A DNA stretch of 64,000 nt from Nanobdellota archaeon (GTDB taxonomy: Archaea; Nanobdellota; Nanobdellia; Pacearchaeales; GW2011-AR1). Location of the stretch: assembly GCA_038045945.1 (NCBI GenBank), contig JBBSXC010000003.1, forward strand, positions 123,975-187,974, in the 5' to 3' direction. Below the pieces are notes generated by a model, which had not been told where the DNA came from, did no database searches, and worked only from the letters and a program-made list of their open reading frames with translations. The position numbers and the translations under genes were made by a program. How positions within the stretch are numbered: position 1 is the stretch's first letter; every line of letters begins with the position of its first letter. Of this stretch, positions 8,732 through 18,477 are shown in pieces.

Positions 8732-10108
8732 TTATACTTCTTTACTTCTTTCTAACAAATCAATAGGGTAAACCCCATCAAAACACGATAAACTAAGCTT
8801 TTCTCTTGGTAAACCAACACCTTTTACTAATCCTTCAATTGATAAATAATTAAGACTCGTAGCACCCAAAAACTGCCTTATTTCCTCAACACTTTTAGAA
8901 GAAGCAACTAATTGATCTTTTTTAGGAGTATCAATACCATAAAAGTCAGGAAAACGAACAGGAGGTGAAGAAACTAAGAAGTGTACTTCAACAGCACCAG
9001 CATCAAACAACGCCTTAACTATCTGAGCTGAAGTAGTACCCCTAACAATTGAGTCATCAACAACAGCAACTCTCTTACCCTTAATAATAGAAGTTAAAGG
9101 ATTAAGTTTAAGCTTAACCCCCAACTGCCTAGAACGAGAATCAGGCTCAATAAATGTTCTGTGAATATAACGATTCTTAACAAGAGCCATTTCTAAAGGA
9201 ATACCACTAATAGCAGAATAACCAACAGCCACAGGAATAGCAGTTTCAGGCACAGGAATAATAATATCAACGTTTAAAGGGCTCTCAACAGCTAATATTT
9301 CACCAAACTTCCTACGAACATCATAAACAGGCCTGCCAAGAATTATACTATCAGGCCTAGAAAAATAAACGAATTCGAAAACATCAAACTTTTGGTCAGG
9401 ATCAGCAAGTTGAACGCAGCGCACACCACTAGAATTAATAATAATCATTTCACCAGGCCTAACCTCACGAATAAATTCTGCACCGATAGTGTTAAAGGCA
9501 CAAGTTTCAGAAGCAACAACATATCCACCATCAATCTTACCAAGAGCTAAAGGCCTAATACCGCAATGATCCTTAAAAGCAACAAGAGTATCCTTAGACA
9601 TAGCAACAACTGAGAAAGCACCAGTAAACAAAGGATAAGCCTCCATAACAGCCTCACCAATACTACGACCCTGCTCCATAAAATAACCAACAGCATCAGT
9701 CATCATCTGCGAATCATTCCTGCTAGAAACATCAATATCTTTACTTGACAAAAAACTTTGCAAAGCCATAACAGAAGGAAGATTACCATTATGAGACAAA
9801 GCAAGTCTCCCATCACGAGAAATAATAGGAGAAGCATGATTAATACCAGTACCACCAAAAGTCGAGTAACGATTATGACCAACAGAAATATGACCTTTAA
9901 GAGAAGAAATATCACTTTCAGAATAAGCCTGAGTTACCAGGCCAACATTTTTGAAACAATCAATTTTCCAACCGTTGGATACAGCAATACCGCTAGACTC
10001 CTGACCCCTATGCTGTAAAGCAAAAAGACCATAAAAAGAGAGTCTGCTAACGTCTAAACCCTTACCAAAAATACCAATAACACCACACTTTTCATTAAGT
10101 TCATCCAT
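8732..10108 (-). CDS. purF: amidophosphoribosyltransferase
   Basis: N-terminal nucleophile context MDELNEKCGVIGIFG, plus RGQESSGIA and the PRPP loop VAVVDDSIVRGTTS. Start moved to the ATG at 10108, because the upstream 28 codons look non-coding. Confidence 0.9.
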   Translation of the reverse strand: MDELNEKCGVIGIFGKGLDVSRLSFYGLFALQHRGQESSGIAVSNGWKIDCFKNVGLVTQAYSESDISSLKGHISVGHNRYSTFGGTGINHASPIISRDGRLALSHNGNLPSVMALQSFLSSKDIDVSSRNDSQMMTDAVGYFMEQGRSIGEAVMEAYPLFTGAFSVVAMSKDTLVAFKDHCGIRPLALGKIDGGYVVASETCAFNTIGAEFIREVRPGEMIIINSSGVRCVQLADPDQKFDVFEFVYFSRPDSIILGRPVYDVRRKFGEILAVESPLNVDIIIPVPETAIPVAVGYSAISGIPLEMALVKNRYIHRTFIEPDSRSRQLGVKLKLNPLTSIIKGKRVAVVDDSIVRGTTSAQIVKALFDAGAVEVHFLVSSPPVRFPDFYGIDTPKKDQLVASSKSVEEIRQFLGATSLNYLSIEGLVKGVGLPREKLSLSCFDGVYPIDLLERSKEV

Positions 10109-10206
10109 AAAAATCACCCTTGAAAAAATATCAACATTACAGTATTTAAGGATTATAGTGATTAAGCCATAATAAGACTTATTAACACACAAAAATTAGC
10201 AAGGTA

Positions 10207-10449
10207 ATGGGTGAAGTAATAAGATCAACAAAGTTTATGGCGGACATAATAAACACAGGAACAATAAAGAATTATCAACAAGAAAAACCATTTCTGCCAG
10301 AAAAAGATGAATTTCTAGAAAGAAACATTACATTAGGAAATGAAGAACTAATAGAAAAGAAAAAAAGAGACAGAAGAAACGCATTAGCAGTAGCATTGAT
10401 AGTAGTATTATCAATAATCATAGTAATGTTCGGATTATTCACAGCATAA
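10207..10449 (+). CDS. small tail-anchored membrane protein
   Basis: 80-aa ORF ending in the hydrophobic segment ALAVALIVVLSIIIVMFGLF. Confidence 0.45.
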   Translation: MGEVIRSTKFMADIINTGTIKNYQQEKPFLPEKDEFLERNITLGNEELIEKKKRDRRNALAVALIVVLSIIIVMFGLFTA

Positions 10450-10460
10450 AAAAATTTCTT

Positions 10461-11198
10461 TTAGTGAGAATGAGCATGAGATCTACTCCTCAAACCCACA
10501 GAAGCACTCTTATAACGAGAAGAAACAACATTATTAAGTAAAGCAATAGCAACAGAGCGATCAGAAGAAGAACTTGAAGAATCACAACTAATAAATAATG
10601 CTTCATCACCAGAAGGAATTTTAAGATAAGAAGGAGAAACCCTACCATTAGGACCAACCTCACCCTTAAACATAGCAGTTAAGTAATAAGGACCATCCTG
10701 ACAATAAAAATCAGATAATAACCTAACACCACTAGGCTTAGCAACAGCATTAACCAAAGCATTAGACTCAAAATCAGAACTCTTCTTATCAAAAGAAACA
10801 GGAAAAGAGTAGGATAAAGACCTAACCTTTCCCAAATTTTCATTCCAAGTAATACCATTAGCATCAGGATGACAACCACTAAGAAAAAAATCACAAGTAT
10901 TCTGACAAATAGAAAGTTTACCATCAGCATCAGTTTCAGGACTATCCCAAACGTAAACCTTATCAGGAGTCCAAAGAACACCAGTGTTAGAAAGAAAACG
11001 GTGATGAGTCATAGAAAGAAGTGCCGAAGCACCACTAGAATGAGACTCTTCACAAAGAGCAAGAACTTCCACAAGACCAGAAAAATCAACCATTCTAAGA
11101 CCATCCTTATAGATTTCACTTCTAAAATGGTCAAAACTATCATGACCGTGATAAACCCTAAAACGAGCCTTACTAACCTCGCACTCATAACTATCCAT
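10461..11198 (-). CDS. hypothetical protein
   Basis: 245-aa ORF with a globular-looking composition. The overlapping plus-strand ORF (10869-11306 part) is K/T-rich low complexity and judged spurious. Sense strand is unusually T/G-rich. Confidence 0.5.
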   Translation of the reverse strand: MDSYECEVSKARFRVYHGHDSFDHFRSEIYKDGLRMVDFSGLVEVLALCEESHSSGASALLSMTHHRFLSNTGVLWTPDKVYVWDSPETDADGKLSICQNTCDFFLSGCHPDANGITWNENLGKVRSLSYSFPVSFDKKSSDFESNALVNAVAKPSGVRLLSDFYCQDGPYYLTAMFKGEVGPNGRVSPSYLKIPSGDEALFISCDSSSSSSDRSVAIALLNNVVSSRYKSASVGLRSRSHAHSH

Positions 11199-11306
11199 AA
11201 AAAGTTTATATTTTATCCCTATATAAAACTAACAAAAACATATAATTGTATCTGCACAGTAGTAACAAATAGCAAGCTTTATATAGGCTCAAACCCTTGT
11301 CCGAGC

Positions 11307-11849
11307 ATGGATGAACACCATACAAACACTGATGAAAAGGAGTGGAGAGAATATGCCAATAGAGAATTTGCAGATGAGAACGGGAAATTCTCAATACATA
11401 AACTTTTATTAAGTTTTGCTAAAGAAGACCAAGCAGTTTTAGATGTAACTAGAAGACTAGATGAGCTAACTGCACAAGTCGAGCAACACCCAAAATGTAA
11501 GAGGCCATATGAGGACTTATGGAGACTTGTTACAGACAATGCTCATAGAATGACAGATAAAGAAGAAGTAAAAGGAGATTTAGGAAGAGTCGTTAGAGGA
11601 AGATTTGGAACAAGCTATAGAACATCAATAGAAAGTGGGAGAGTCTTAGTACCAAGTTTTATGCCAATAATCTCCCTAGGAATGTCTAATATAGTCCAAA
11701 TTGAAAAGGGAGTTAGACCAGTAAAGGACACTTATAGAGGAGTAATCATAAGGAGAATTACTTCAGGATTAGCAAAAGGAAAATTAGAAGGAATGCCATT
11801 CTACTATCAAGACTCTAAACTAGTAGAAGAACCAGGTTACTCAGACTAA
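11307..11849 (+). CDS. hypothetical protein
   Basis: ATG at 11307 is preceded by AGCTTTATATAGG about 28 nt upstream. The track ORF start at 10869 is rejected. Confidence 0.55.
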   Translation: MDEHHTNTDEKEWREYANREFADENGKFSIHKLLLSFAKEDQAVLDVTRRLDELTAQVEQHPKCKRPYEDLWRLVTDNAHRMTDKEEVKGDLGRVVRGRFGTSYRTSIESGRVLVPSFMPIISLGMSNIVQIEKGVRPVKDTYRGVIIRRITSGLAKGKLEGMPFYYQDSKLVEEPGYSD

Positions 11850-11869
11850 GATTCTTATCAAAATACAAA

Positions 11870-12244
11870 ATGCCAAATAAAGATAAAAACGGCAATGAGA
11901 AAAGAAGATTATTTTTTAGAGCAAATAAGAATTTTGATGCAGGACTTAAAGAAGTTTTAGCCAAAAGATCAGACTCAGAAGATGATGCTAAAATAATAAT
12001 TCTTACTAGAAAACTAGAAGGAGAAAAATCTAGAAAAATTCTTTATGATTTAGGAATATCCCACAGCTTAAGGGGATTAAATGGAGACTACGAAAAGGCA
12101 AAAACTTACCTTAATAGAGCTTTAGAGTTAGAAGAAAGTGAAAAGGACAAGGAAGAAGGATTAAGCGACATGGAGATATATGGAGGATTAAGAATGATAG
12201 TAACCCTTGAAGAGCAAAGAAAGGCGAAAGGAGCAAAACAATAA
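11870..12244 (+). CDS. hypothetical protein, possibly a single TPR-like helical hairpin
   Basis: 124-aa ORF. GDYEKAKTYLNRALELEE resembles a TPR consensus. Confidence 0.5.
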   Translation: MPNKDKNGNEKRRLFFRANKNFDAGLKEVLAKRSDSEDDAKIIILTRKLEGEKSRKILYDLGISHSLRGLNGDYEKAKTYLNRALELEESEKDKEEGLSDMEIYGGLRMIVTLEEQRKAKGAKQ

Positions 12245-12299
12245 GTTTATATATTTCCTTACTATTAGTCATTTTATCAAAAGGTGTGATGATTAATTA

Positions 12300-12608
12300 A
12301 TGACTATTGATCCAACTCTTTTTAGAGAACTCTTACTGCCAGCTATTCTTGGAGGAGTTGGTGGACTTACTCGAGGACTTATAGGACTTCTAAAAGCCTT
12401 ATCACTAAGGAGGAGAATAATTTGGAATTATTACGCAATAACAGTAATAGTTGCAGCAATTATTGGAGTATTTATCGGAGTAGTATTCAATTTTGATTAT
12501 CGCCTAAGCTTACTAGCAGGATACGCAGGAACAGACGTACTAGAAGGAATTTATAAGAGCTTCCAAGTCCAGAAAATATATGTTAGCAGCTCTAAGGGAA
12601 GAAAATGA
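12300..12608 (+). CDS. hypothetical membrane protein
   Basis: 102 aa with hydrophobic segments LLLPAILGGVGGL and YAITVIVAAIIGVFIGVVF. Overlaps the next ORF by 4 nt. Confidence 0.5.
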   Translation: MTIDPTLFRELLLPAILGGVGGLTRGLIGLLKALSLRRRIIWNYYAITVIVAAIIGVFIGVVFNFDYRLSLLAGYAGTDVLEGIYKSFQVQKIYVSSSKGRK

Positions 12609-12823
12609 CGAAACTATACTTAGAAATTGACACAAAACTATACAACGACCTAAAAAACAGAGCTAAAAAGAATTATTTAGAAGTAGAAAAATTATCAGAG
12701 GACATCATTAGAAGAAGCATGATAACCTACAAGAAAAACTCTATTTCTCAAACAGACAAAAAAGTTGATGATTCATTAGTAAACATTTTCTCAAGACAAA
12801 ACAAAGGAAGAAAGAGAAAATAA
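12605..12823 (+). CDS. small ribbon-helix-helix-like protein
   Basis: The N-terminus MTKLYLEIDTKLYNDLKNRAKKNY fits a beta-strand plus helix CopG/RHH pattern. ATGA overlap with the upstream ORF. Confidence 0.4.
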   Translation: MTKLYLEIDTKLYNDLKNRAKKNYLEVEKLSEDIIRRSMITYKKNSISQTDKKVDDSLVNIFSRQNKGRKRK

Positions 12824-12825
12824 GT

Positions 12826-13311
12826 TTAGTACCCTTTAGGAGGAAGCTGTTTTTTGCCCAAATAACTAAAGTTTAAGTCTCTCAATTGAGACATAATGTT
12901 CTCAACCTCAATCTTAACAACTTCGGGATCAAGGCCCTTATTCTTAATTATTACAAAGACATCTTCTTTGACCTTATCAAAATCGTTATTGTACTTTTGG
13001 TTAATATCTTTCCAAGGAATTCCCTTTAGAGCCTCACAAACCCCTTTATCATAATTGACCATACCCAGATTCATGAGTAAAGCTATTGCTGGATAACTCA
13101 AATAACCTTTATAGTAAGCCGTATTATCATTAGACATAATACTCATGCTTAACTTATCAAAAGAAACATCATAATACTTGTTCCTAGATGAAGAATAAAC
13201 CTTAGCTCTAATAATCCCTGAATCATCAGTACCAGTAACTTCTAACCTACCATCAGCTAAGCAACCTAAAGCCTCATAAACCTGTTTTTTAGGAGGAGTA
13301 TTCCAAAACAT
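12826..13311 (-). CDS. hypothetical protein
   Basis: 161-aa ORF with a plausible globular composition. No motif recognised. Confidence 0.55.
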   Translation of the reverse strand: MFWNTPPKKQVYEALGCLADGRLEVTGTDDSGIIRAKVYSSSRNKYYDVSFDKLSMSIMSNDNTAYYKGYLSYPAIALLMNLGMVNYDKGVCEALKGIPWKDINQKYNNDFDKVKEDVFVIIKNKGLDPEVVKIEVENIMSQLRDLNFSYLGKKQLPPKGY

Positions 13312-13361
13312 AAAGAAATAATACTACACATCTTAATAAATCCTTTATTCTAGAGTAAAAT

Positions 13362-13577
13362 ATGATAAAAGTAGACGATGATGAAGAGTGCGCGTACGGA
13401 GATTTTTACACATTAGTAAGACACCTAGACGGGGAAGAATTAGAGGATTATACTAATGATGAAGAAAACTCTCACTATGAAGAGTTACAAGCAATACTGG
13501 CAAAATATCCTCAATTCATAGATAAATATAAGAAAGAAGACATAAAATTTAGAGAATCAATAAAAGACATAAAATAG
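13362..13577 (+). CDS. small acidic hypothetical protein
   Basis: 71-aa D/E-rich ORF, divergent from 12826-13311. Confidence 0.4.
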   Translation: MIKVDDDEECAYGDFYTLVRHLDGEELEDYTNDEENSHYEELQAILAKYPQFIDKYKKEDIKFRESIKDIK

Positions 13578-13651
13578 AAGTTATTCCTTTGTAACACATT
13601 CTCTTTTAGTCTACAATAATGCTTATAAAATAGTATTTCTAAAAAAAGGTA

Positions 13652-14065
13652 ATGGATCACACAAGAACACACGACCCACAAGAGAGATATAGTTTCCAAG
13701 GCATGAGAGAGGGAAATTCCCCACCAGGACACGAAAGACACTATGATGACTCAGTCAGAAGTAATACTTCATCACACGGAGGCCACAGCATGAGAGTAAC
13801 ACTAGCCGACAAAATAGTTGCCGGAGGATCAGACTTTTATTGTCCTAGAGTAAAACGTAATGGAACATGGTATAGAAGACCAAAAAGTTCACAGTTAAGA
13901 AGAGATCATGAAAGCACGCTGCGAGGCCAAGAAAAGTCAGGAAACTTAAATGTTTACCAAGCCTTAAACATAATCGGCTATACAGGTTGGAAACCAAGTA
14001 AGCGTAAAGTTAAAGGAAACACAGATGAGGATCAAGAAATGTCCGCACACCAACCTCTGTACTAA
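13652..14065 (+). CDS. hypothetical basic protein
   Basis: 137-aa R/K/H-rich ORF. TATA-like GCTTATAAAA lies about 25 nt upstream. Confidence 0.4.
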   Translation: MDHTRTHDPQERYSFQGMREGNSPPGHERHYDDSVRSNTSSHGGHSMRVTLADKIVAGGSDFYCPRVKRNGTWYRRPKSSQLRRDHESTLRGQEKSGNLNVYQALNIIGYTGWKPSKRKVKGNTDEDQEMSAHQPLY

Positions 14066-14108
14066 ATCCCTTCATAATCCTTTTAAACGCTGTTAATAGT
14101 CTTATTTT

Positions 14109-16103
14109 ATGAGTGAGACTTGGAGCCTATACGAAGAAAAAGACGGTGTAGAAAGATTACTACCGCCATTAATGTTTAGTAATGGTAAAACTCAAGAAGA
14201 CGTAGTTAAAGAAATAATAAAAGCTATAGAAGAAGGAAACAAACTAATATTCTTAAGAGGAATGTGCGGTACAGGAAAAAGCGCAATAGCACTAAACTTA
14301 GCAAAAGCATTCGGAAGAGCAAGCATAGTAGTACCAGTAAAAAACTTACAAAAACAATACGAAGAAGACTACAGCAAAAACAAATACATAAAAAAAGATA
14401 ACGGGGAAAGACTAAAAATATCAACAATTAAAGGAAGACAAAACTTCGAGTGCAGATACATAGCAGAATCAGGAAAGAAGTTTGATGAATTAATAACAAA
14501 AAAGTCAACATACGAAAACAATAACTACACAAGTAATAAAGAAGCTAACAGAAACGTATTCTCATTCACAAGCGGAATAAAAGTTGACAAAGAAAAAAGA
14601 TCAACAGAAGCAATACCAGATGACAAAAGCGCAGATAACGACTTCATACCTTGCAAAATAGAAATTAAAGAAAAAAATGGCGGAATAATAAGAGAATACG
14701 TAAAAGAAGCAGAAAGAATAAGCCTGGACAGAATAAGAAAGATTTCACAAGTAAGAAGAGGAAGCGTAGCACCAGCATGCCCGTACTGGTCACCAATAGC
14801 ACCTAGCGAAAAAGATTTAGGACTAAACGGAATAAAAAGAGACTACATGGGACTTAACAACATAAAATACAGTTATTACGAAAGAAAACCAGGATGCAAA
14901 TATTACGAACAATTCAAAGCATACTTAGACGCAGACGTAATAATATTCAACAGCCAAAAATACAGAGTAGAAAGCCTACTAAACAGAAAACCAGCAACAA
15001 ACATAGAAATAATAGATGAATGCGACGAATTCTTAGACAGCTTCTCAAACACAAAAAAAATAAATTTGGGGTGGCTCTCATCAGCACTTGAAAGACTATT
15101 CTTCGAAGACCCAAAAGCAGAAAGAATAGTAAAAGAAATTAATATGTTAATAAGAAACATTTACGAAGATAAGGGAATAAACTCGCAAATAATACGTGAA
15201 GAAATAATGCACATTAAAGACACACCAATAATACAACTAGTAAAATATTTCTTAGAAACAGACTTTTTAGAAAAAGCGGACTATGACGAAGAAAACTACG
15301 CTTATGATTGCGAAGAAACAGCATTAACATTTGATAACTTCTTAGACGAAACATACGTATCATTCGAAAAAGAAGGAAACAACATATCAGTAAAACTAGT
15401 AACAATAAACCTAGAAAAAAGGTTTAGAGAAGAACTATTAGACAAAAACAAAGTAGTAGTACTAATGAGCGGCACAATACACTCAGAAAAAGTCCTAAAA
15501 GACGTATTTGGTCTTGACCAATTCAAAGTAGTTGATGCAGAAACAGCAGTTAGCGGGACAATAACAAAGAAAAGAACAGGAATGGAGTTTAATTGCAGAT
15601 ACGAAAACTTCAAAAGCGGAGGAGTAAGCAGAGAACACTACCTAAAAGTATTAGACGAATGTGTTAAACAATCAGTTAAACCAACACTAGTACACGTTAA
15701 CTCTTTCGCAGACTTACCAACAGAGGAAGAAAGAAATAATCAAGGGTTAGAACTGATGAGTCAAGAAAACCTTCGCAGTATTCAGGACGATGACTCAGAA
15801 GGAGCATTAGTTGCAGAGTTCAAAAGCGGCAAAACAAAAATTTTGTACTCAACTAAGTGTAACAGAGGAGTTGACTTCCCCGGAGAAACATGCAACAGCA
15901 TAATAATAACCAAGTATCCTTACCCTAACGTAGACTCATTATTCTGGAAGATTTTCAGAAAAGTAAAACCAGAACAATACAACGAATTCTACATTGACAA
16001 AGCAAAAAGAGAATTCTTACAAAGACTATACAGAGGACTGCGAAGAAAAGACGACCACATATACCTAATGTCGCCAGACGTTAGAATATTCTACGGGGTG
16101 TAA
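14109..16103 (+). CDS. XPD/Rad3/DinG-family helicase (probable Fe-S helicase)
   Basis: Walker A GMCGTGKS, DEAH-like IIDECDEF, MSGTI, NRGVDFPGE and QRLYRGLRR. Four spaced Cys between motifs I and II (ECRY, PCKI, PACPYW, PGCKYY) are compatible with a 4Fe-4S domain. Confidence 0.8.
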   Translation: MSETWSLYEEKDGVERLLPPLMFSNGKTQEDVVKEIIKAIEEGNKLIFLRGMCGTGKSAIALNLAKAFGRASIVVPVKNLQKQYEEDYSKNKYIKKDNGERLKISTIKGRQNFECRYIAESGKKFDELITKKSTYENNNYTSNKEANRNVFSFTSGIKVDKEKRSTEAIPDDKSADNDFIPCKIEIKEKNGGIIREYVKEAERISLDRIRKISQVRRGSVAPACPYWSPIAPSEKDLGLNGIKRDYMGLNNIKYSYYERKPGCKYYEQFKAYLDADVIIFNSQKYRVESLLNRKPATNIEIIDECDEFLDSFSNTKKINLGWLSSALERLFFEDPKAERIVKEINMLIRNIYEDKGINSQIIREEIMHIKDTPIIQLVKYFLETDFLEKADYDEENYAYDCEETALTFDNFLDETYVSFEKEGNNISVKLVTINLEKRFREELLDKNKVVVLMSGTIHSEKVLKDVFGLDQFKVVDAETAVSGTITKKRTGMEFNCRYENFKSGGVSREHYLKVLDECVKQSVKPTLVHVNSFADLPTEEERNNQGLELMSQENLRSIQDDDSEGALVAEFKSGKTKILYSTKCNRGVDFPGETCNSIIITKYPYPNVDSLFWKIFRKVKPEQYNEFYIDKAKREFLQRLYRGLRRKDDHIYLMSPDVRIFYGV

Positions 16104-16237
16104 ATAATAATAGAGGAAGAAGAAACCTGGGTAAAGGCCACAGACGCGATGGGGAAAGTATTAGTAGAAGAGCAGTGAGCGCAATAGAGAAATTAGCAAG
16201 AGAAGAATCTGAGGATTAATATTTTATTCTTTAATAA

Positions 16238-16627
16238 TTATTTTGTTAGTACTTCTTCTAAGACCCAAACAGCGATTATAACCCACAAGACCAGATACCA
16301 CCAATAATCGCGAGTTCTAAGATTATTAATTAAAGATTCCCTAAATGTGACCAATTCTTTATTGAATAAGTGCATACCAGCAATGAAAAGCAGAAATAAA
16401 AACATACCAGAAACAAAAATTTGTGTAATAGTTATCTCTCTAAGAAGAAAACTCAAAACTACTAAGGAAAGAATGAATGCAAGCCAAGAAACAATTTTAG
16501 GATAAGAGAAAAGTGGTTTTGTCAGATTAAACCAAGGCTTAGGAGCAGTGAATAAGAAAAGAACCTTGATAAGAACAAGAACAGATAAAACAATAGCGAC
16601 CACCTCAACACTTGTGTATAACACCAT
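16238..16627 (-). CDS. hypothetical integral membrane protein
   Basis: 129 aa with four hydrophobic segments. Confidence 0.55.
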   Translation of the reverse strand: MVLYTSVEVVAIVLSVLVLIKVLFLFTAPKPWFNLTKPLFSYPKIVSWLAFILSLVVLSFLLREITITQIFVSGMFLFLLFIAGMHLFNKELVTFRESLINNLRTRDYWWYLVLWVIIAVWVLEEVLTK

Positions 16628-16651
16628 GGTAATTACTAAACAAGAGAGTTT

Positions 16652-17155
16652 TTAAGAGTTACTAATAAATTCTTTCAACCTAAAATAAGCATTGTCAAGA
16701 TTATTAGTATCAAGAACTATCAGGCTAAAATCATAATTTTCCTCAAGATCAGAATAATACTTGTCAGAAAAAGAGAATTGGTAATCCAAATAACTCTTAT
16801 TAATCTTCCTTTCGCGCGACTCCATCCTCAAATCACAAATTTTTCTATCACACTTACAATAAACAACAACTACATCAAAAGACTTTAATGCATCTAAAAC
16901 TTTTGGTAAGTATTCACCAGTTGCAAACTCTAAAACATCAAAAGACTTATGAGCAAAAGAATCAATAAACTTGCCCACGACTTCATCTAACAACCCCTTA
17001 TTACTGTTAGTGACATGACCATACTTGTCAAGATATGGTTGCATAACTTCCATAATGTCATAAAACTTCAATTTTTTCTCACTAACAAACTCATTAATAA
17101 TCGTTGTTTTACCAGAACAAGCAGGACCAACAAAGACATACTTCTTATTACTCAT
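16652..17155 (-). CDS. P-loop NTPase / kinase-like protein
   Basis: Walker A VFVGPACSGKTT at the N-terminus. 167 aa. Confidence 0.65.
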   Translation of the reverse strand: MSNKKYVFVGPACSGKTTIINEFVSEKKLKFYDIMEVMQPYLDKYGHVTNSNKGLLDEVVGKFIDSFAHKSFDVLEFATGEYLPKVLDALKSFDVVVVYCKCDRKICDLRMESRERKINKSYLDYQFSFSDKYYSDLEENYDFSLIVLDTNNLDNAYFRLKEFISNS

Positions 17156-17298
17156 AAAATCAAAAGTTTTTAACGATATATAAAACGTTAGGTTTTATCA
17201 TTTCTACTAGCGAATAACAGCAAGGAAGGCGATAGCTTTAAAAGAGAAGACTTTATTACATTTATAACAAATTTAGGTGGGAGAAAAGTAAAAATAAT

Positions 17299-17724
17299 AT
17301 GTTTAAAGTATTAGACCAACAAAAAATAAGATTCTTAACAGTATTCGGAAGAGTAAGCAGAATACCAGTTAGTGACTGCTTCATGTACAACAACAAAGTA
17401 GTATTCGCAGTACCGCAAGCAAGACTAGCAATGGCCATTGGAGAAAACGCAAACAACATAAAAAGAGCAAGCGAAATGCTAATGAGAAAAGTAAGAGTAG
17501 TAGCATTACCAAGACCTGGAAACGACAGCGACATACCATCATTCATAAGTTCAATAATACACCCAGTAGAATTCAAAAATTTGGAAGTAGTAGGTGAAGA
17601 AATACAAATAGTTGCTAACGGAATGGAAAACAAAGCAGAAATGATGGGAAGAAACAAAGTAAGACTTAAAGAATTACAAGACATAGCAAAACAATACTTC
17701 AACAAAAACCTAAGAATAATATAA
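17299..17724 (+). CDS. nusA: archaeal NusA-like KH-domain protein
   Basis: 141 aa with two KH-like units (AIGENANNIKRA, MMGRNKVRLKEL). Size and layout are typical of archaeal NusA. Confidence 0.7.
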   Translation: MFKVLDQQKIRFLTVFGRVSRIPVSDCFMYNNKVVFAVPQARLAMAIGENANNIKRASEMLMRKVRVVALPRPGNDSDIPSFISSIIHPVEFKNLEVVGEEIQIVANGMENKAEMMGRNKVRLKELQDIAKQYFNKNLRII

Positions 17725-17736
17725 TTTCTAAAAACA

Positions 17737-18471
17737 ATGACATTTTATCTAATAGGATTAGGACTAAATGAGAATTCAATAACAAAAGAATCATTAGACA
17801 TAATAAACAAAACAAAAAAACTATATTTAGAAGGATACACAGTAGCATTCCCATACAACATAGAAACACTAGAAAAAAACTTAGGAAGAAAAGTCACACA
17901 ACTAAAAAGAGAAGCAGTAGAAAAAGAAGAATTCCTCAGTGATGCAAAAAAAGAAGACGTGAGCCTACTAGTCTATGGAGCACCACTAAGCGCAACAACA
18001 CATTACTCAATAATAGAAAAATGCAAAAAAGAAGGAATAAATTACCAAGTATTATATAACGGCAGCGTAATTGACGCAGTAGCAGAATCAGGATTACAAC
18101 TTTACAAGTTTGGAAAAACAGCAAGTATGCCAAGATGGATAAGCGGAAAGTACGAACCGGACAGCTTCCTAGAAATAATAAAAGACAACAACAAAATCAA
18201 AGCGCACACGCTTCTACTAATAGACATAGGAATGAGTGCCGATGAAGCAGTCGAACAATTAATGAACGCTCTAAAAAAGAAGTCGCAAAAGATTGACGAA
18301 ATAATGATTTGTTCAAGATTAGGGACGGCAGAAGCAAAATTTTATTATGGTAACGTAGAAAAATTGTTAACACTAACCCATAAAGTTAAAGAACCATTCT
18401 GCTTCATAATACCAAGCGAAGAATTACACTTTGCTGAAGAAGAAGCACTAGAATTACACAAAAAAGAATAA
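17737..18471 (+). CDS. dph5: diphthine synthase
   Basis: MTFYLIGLGL N-terminus, LEGYT, and LVYGAPLSATTH (the GDP..ATTH motif of tetrapyrrole-methylase-fold diphthine synthases). Confidence 0.85.
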   Translation: MTFYLIGLGLNENSITKESLDIINKTKKLYLEGYTVAFPYNIETLEKNLGRKVTQLKREAVEKEEFLSDAKKEDVSLLVYGAPLSATTHYSIIEKCKKEGINYQVLYNGSVIDAVAESGLQLYKFGKTASMPRWISGKYEPDSFLEIIKDNNKIKAHTLLLIDIGMSADEAVEQLMNALKKKSQKIDEIMICSRLGTAEAKFYYGNVEKLLTLTHKVKEPFCFIIPSEELHFAEEEALELHKKE

Positions 18472-18477
18472 AAAACA

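Noticed and set aside
10869-11306. The 5' part of the 326-aa plus-strand ORF 10869-11849, overlapping gene 10461-11198.
   Set aside because: The translation is K/T/S/I low complexity. The open frame arises because the plus strand is T-poor here, so stop codons are rare. A TATA-like box and an ATG at 11307 give a sensible 180-aa gene instead.
16104-16237. A relatively GC-rich convergent intergenic region after the XPD-like gene, as a possible ncRNA or frameshifted C-terminal extension (+2 frame open for about 39 codons).
   Set aside because: No convincing helices or start codon. The open frame is explained by T-poverty. An upstream TAG in that frame precludes simple frameshift extension.
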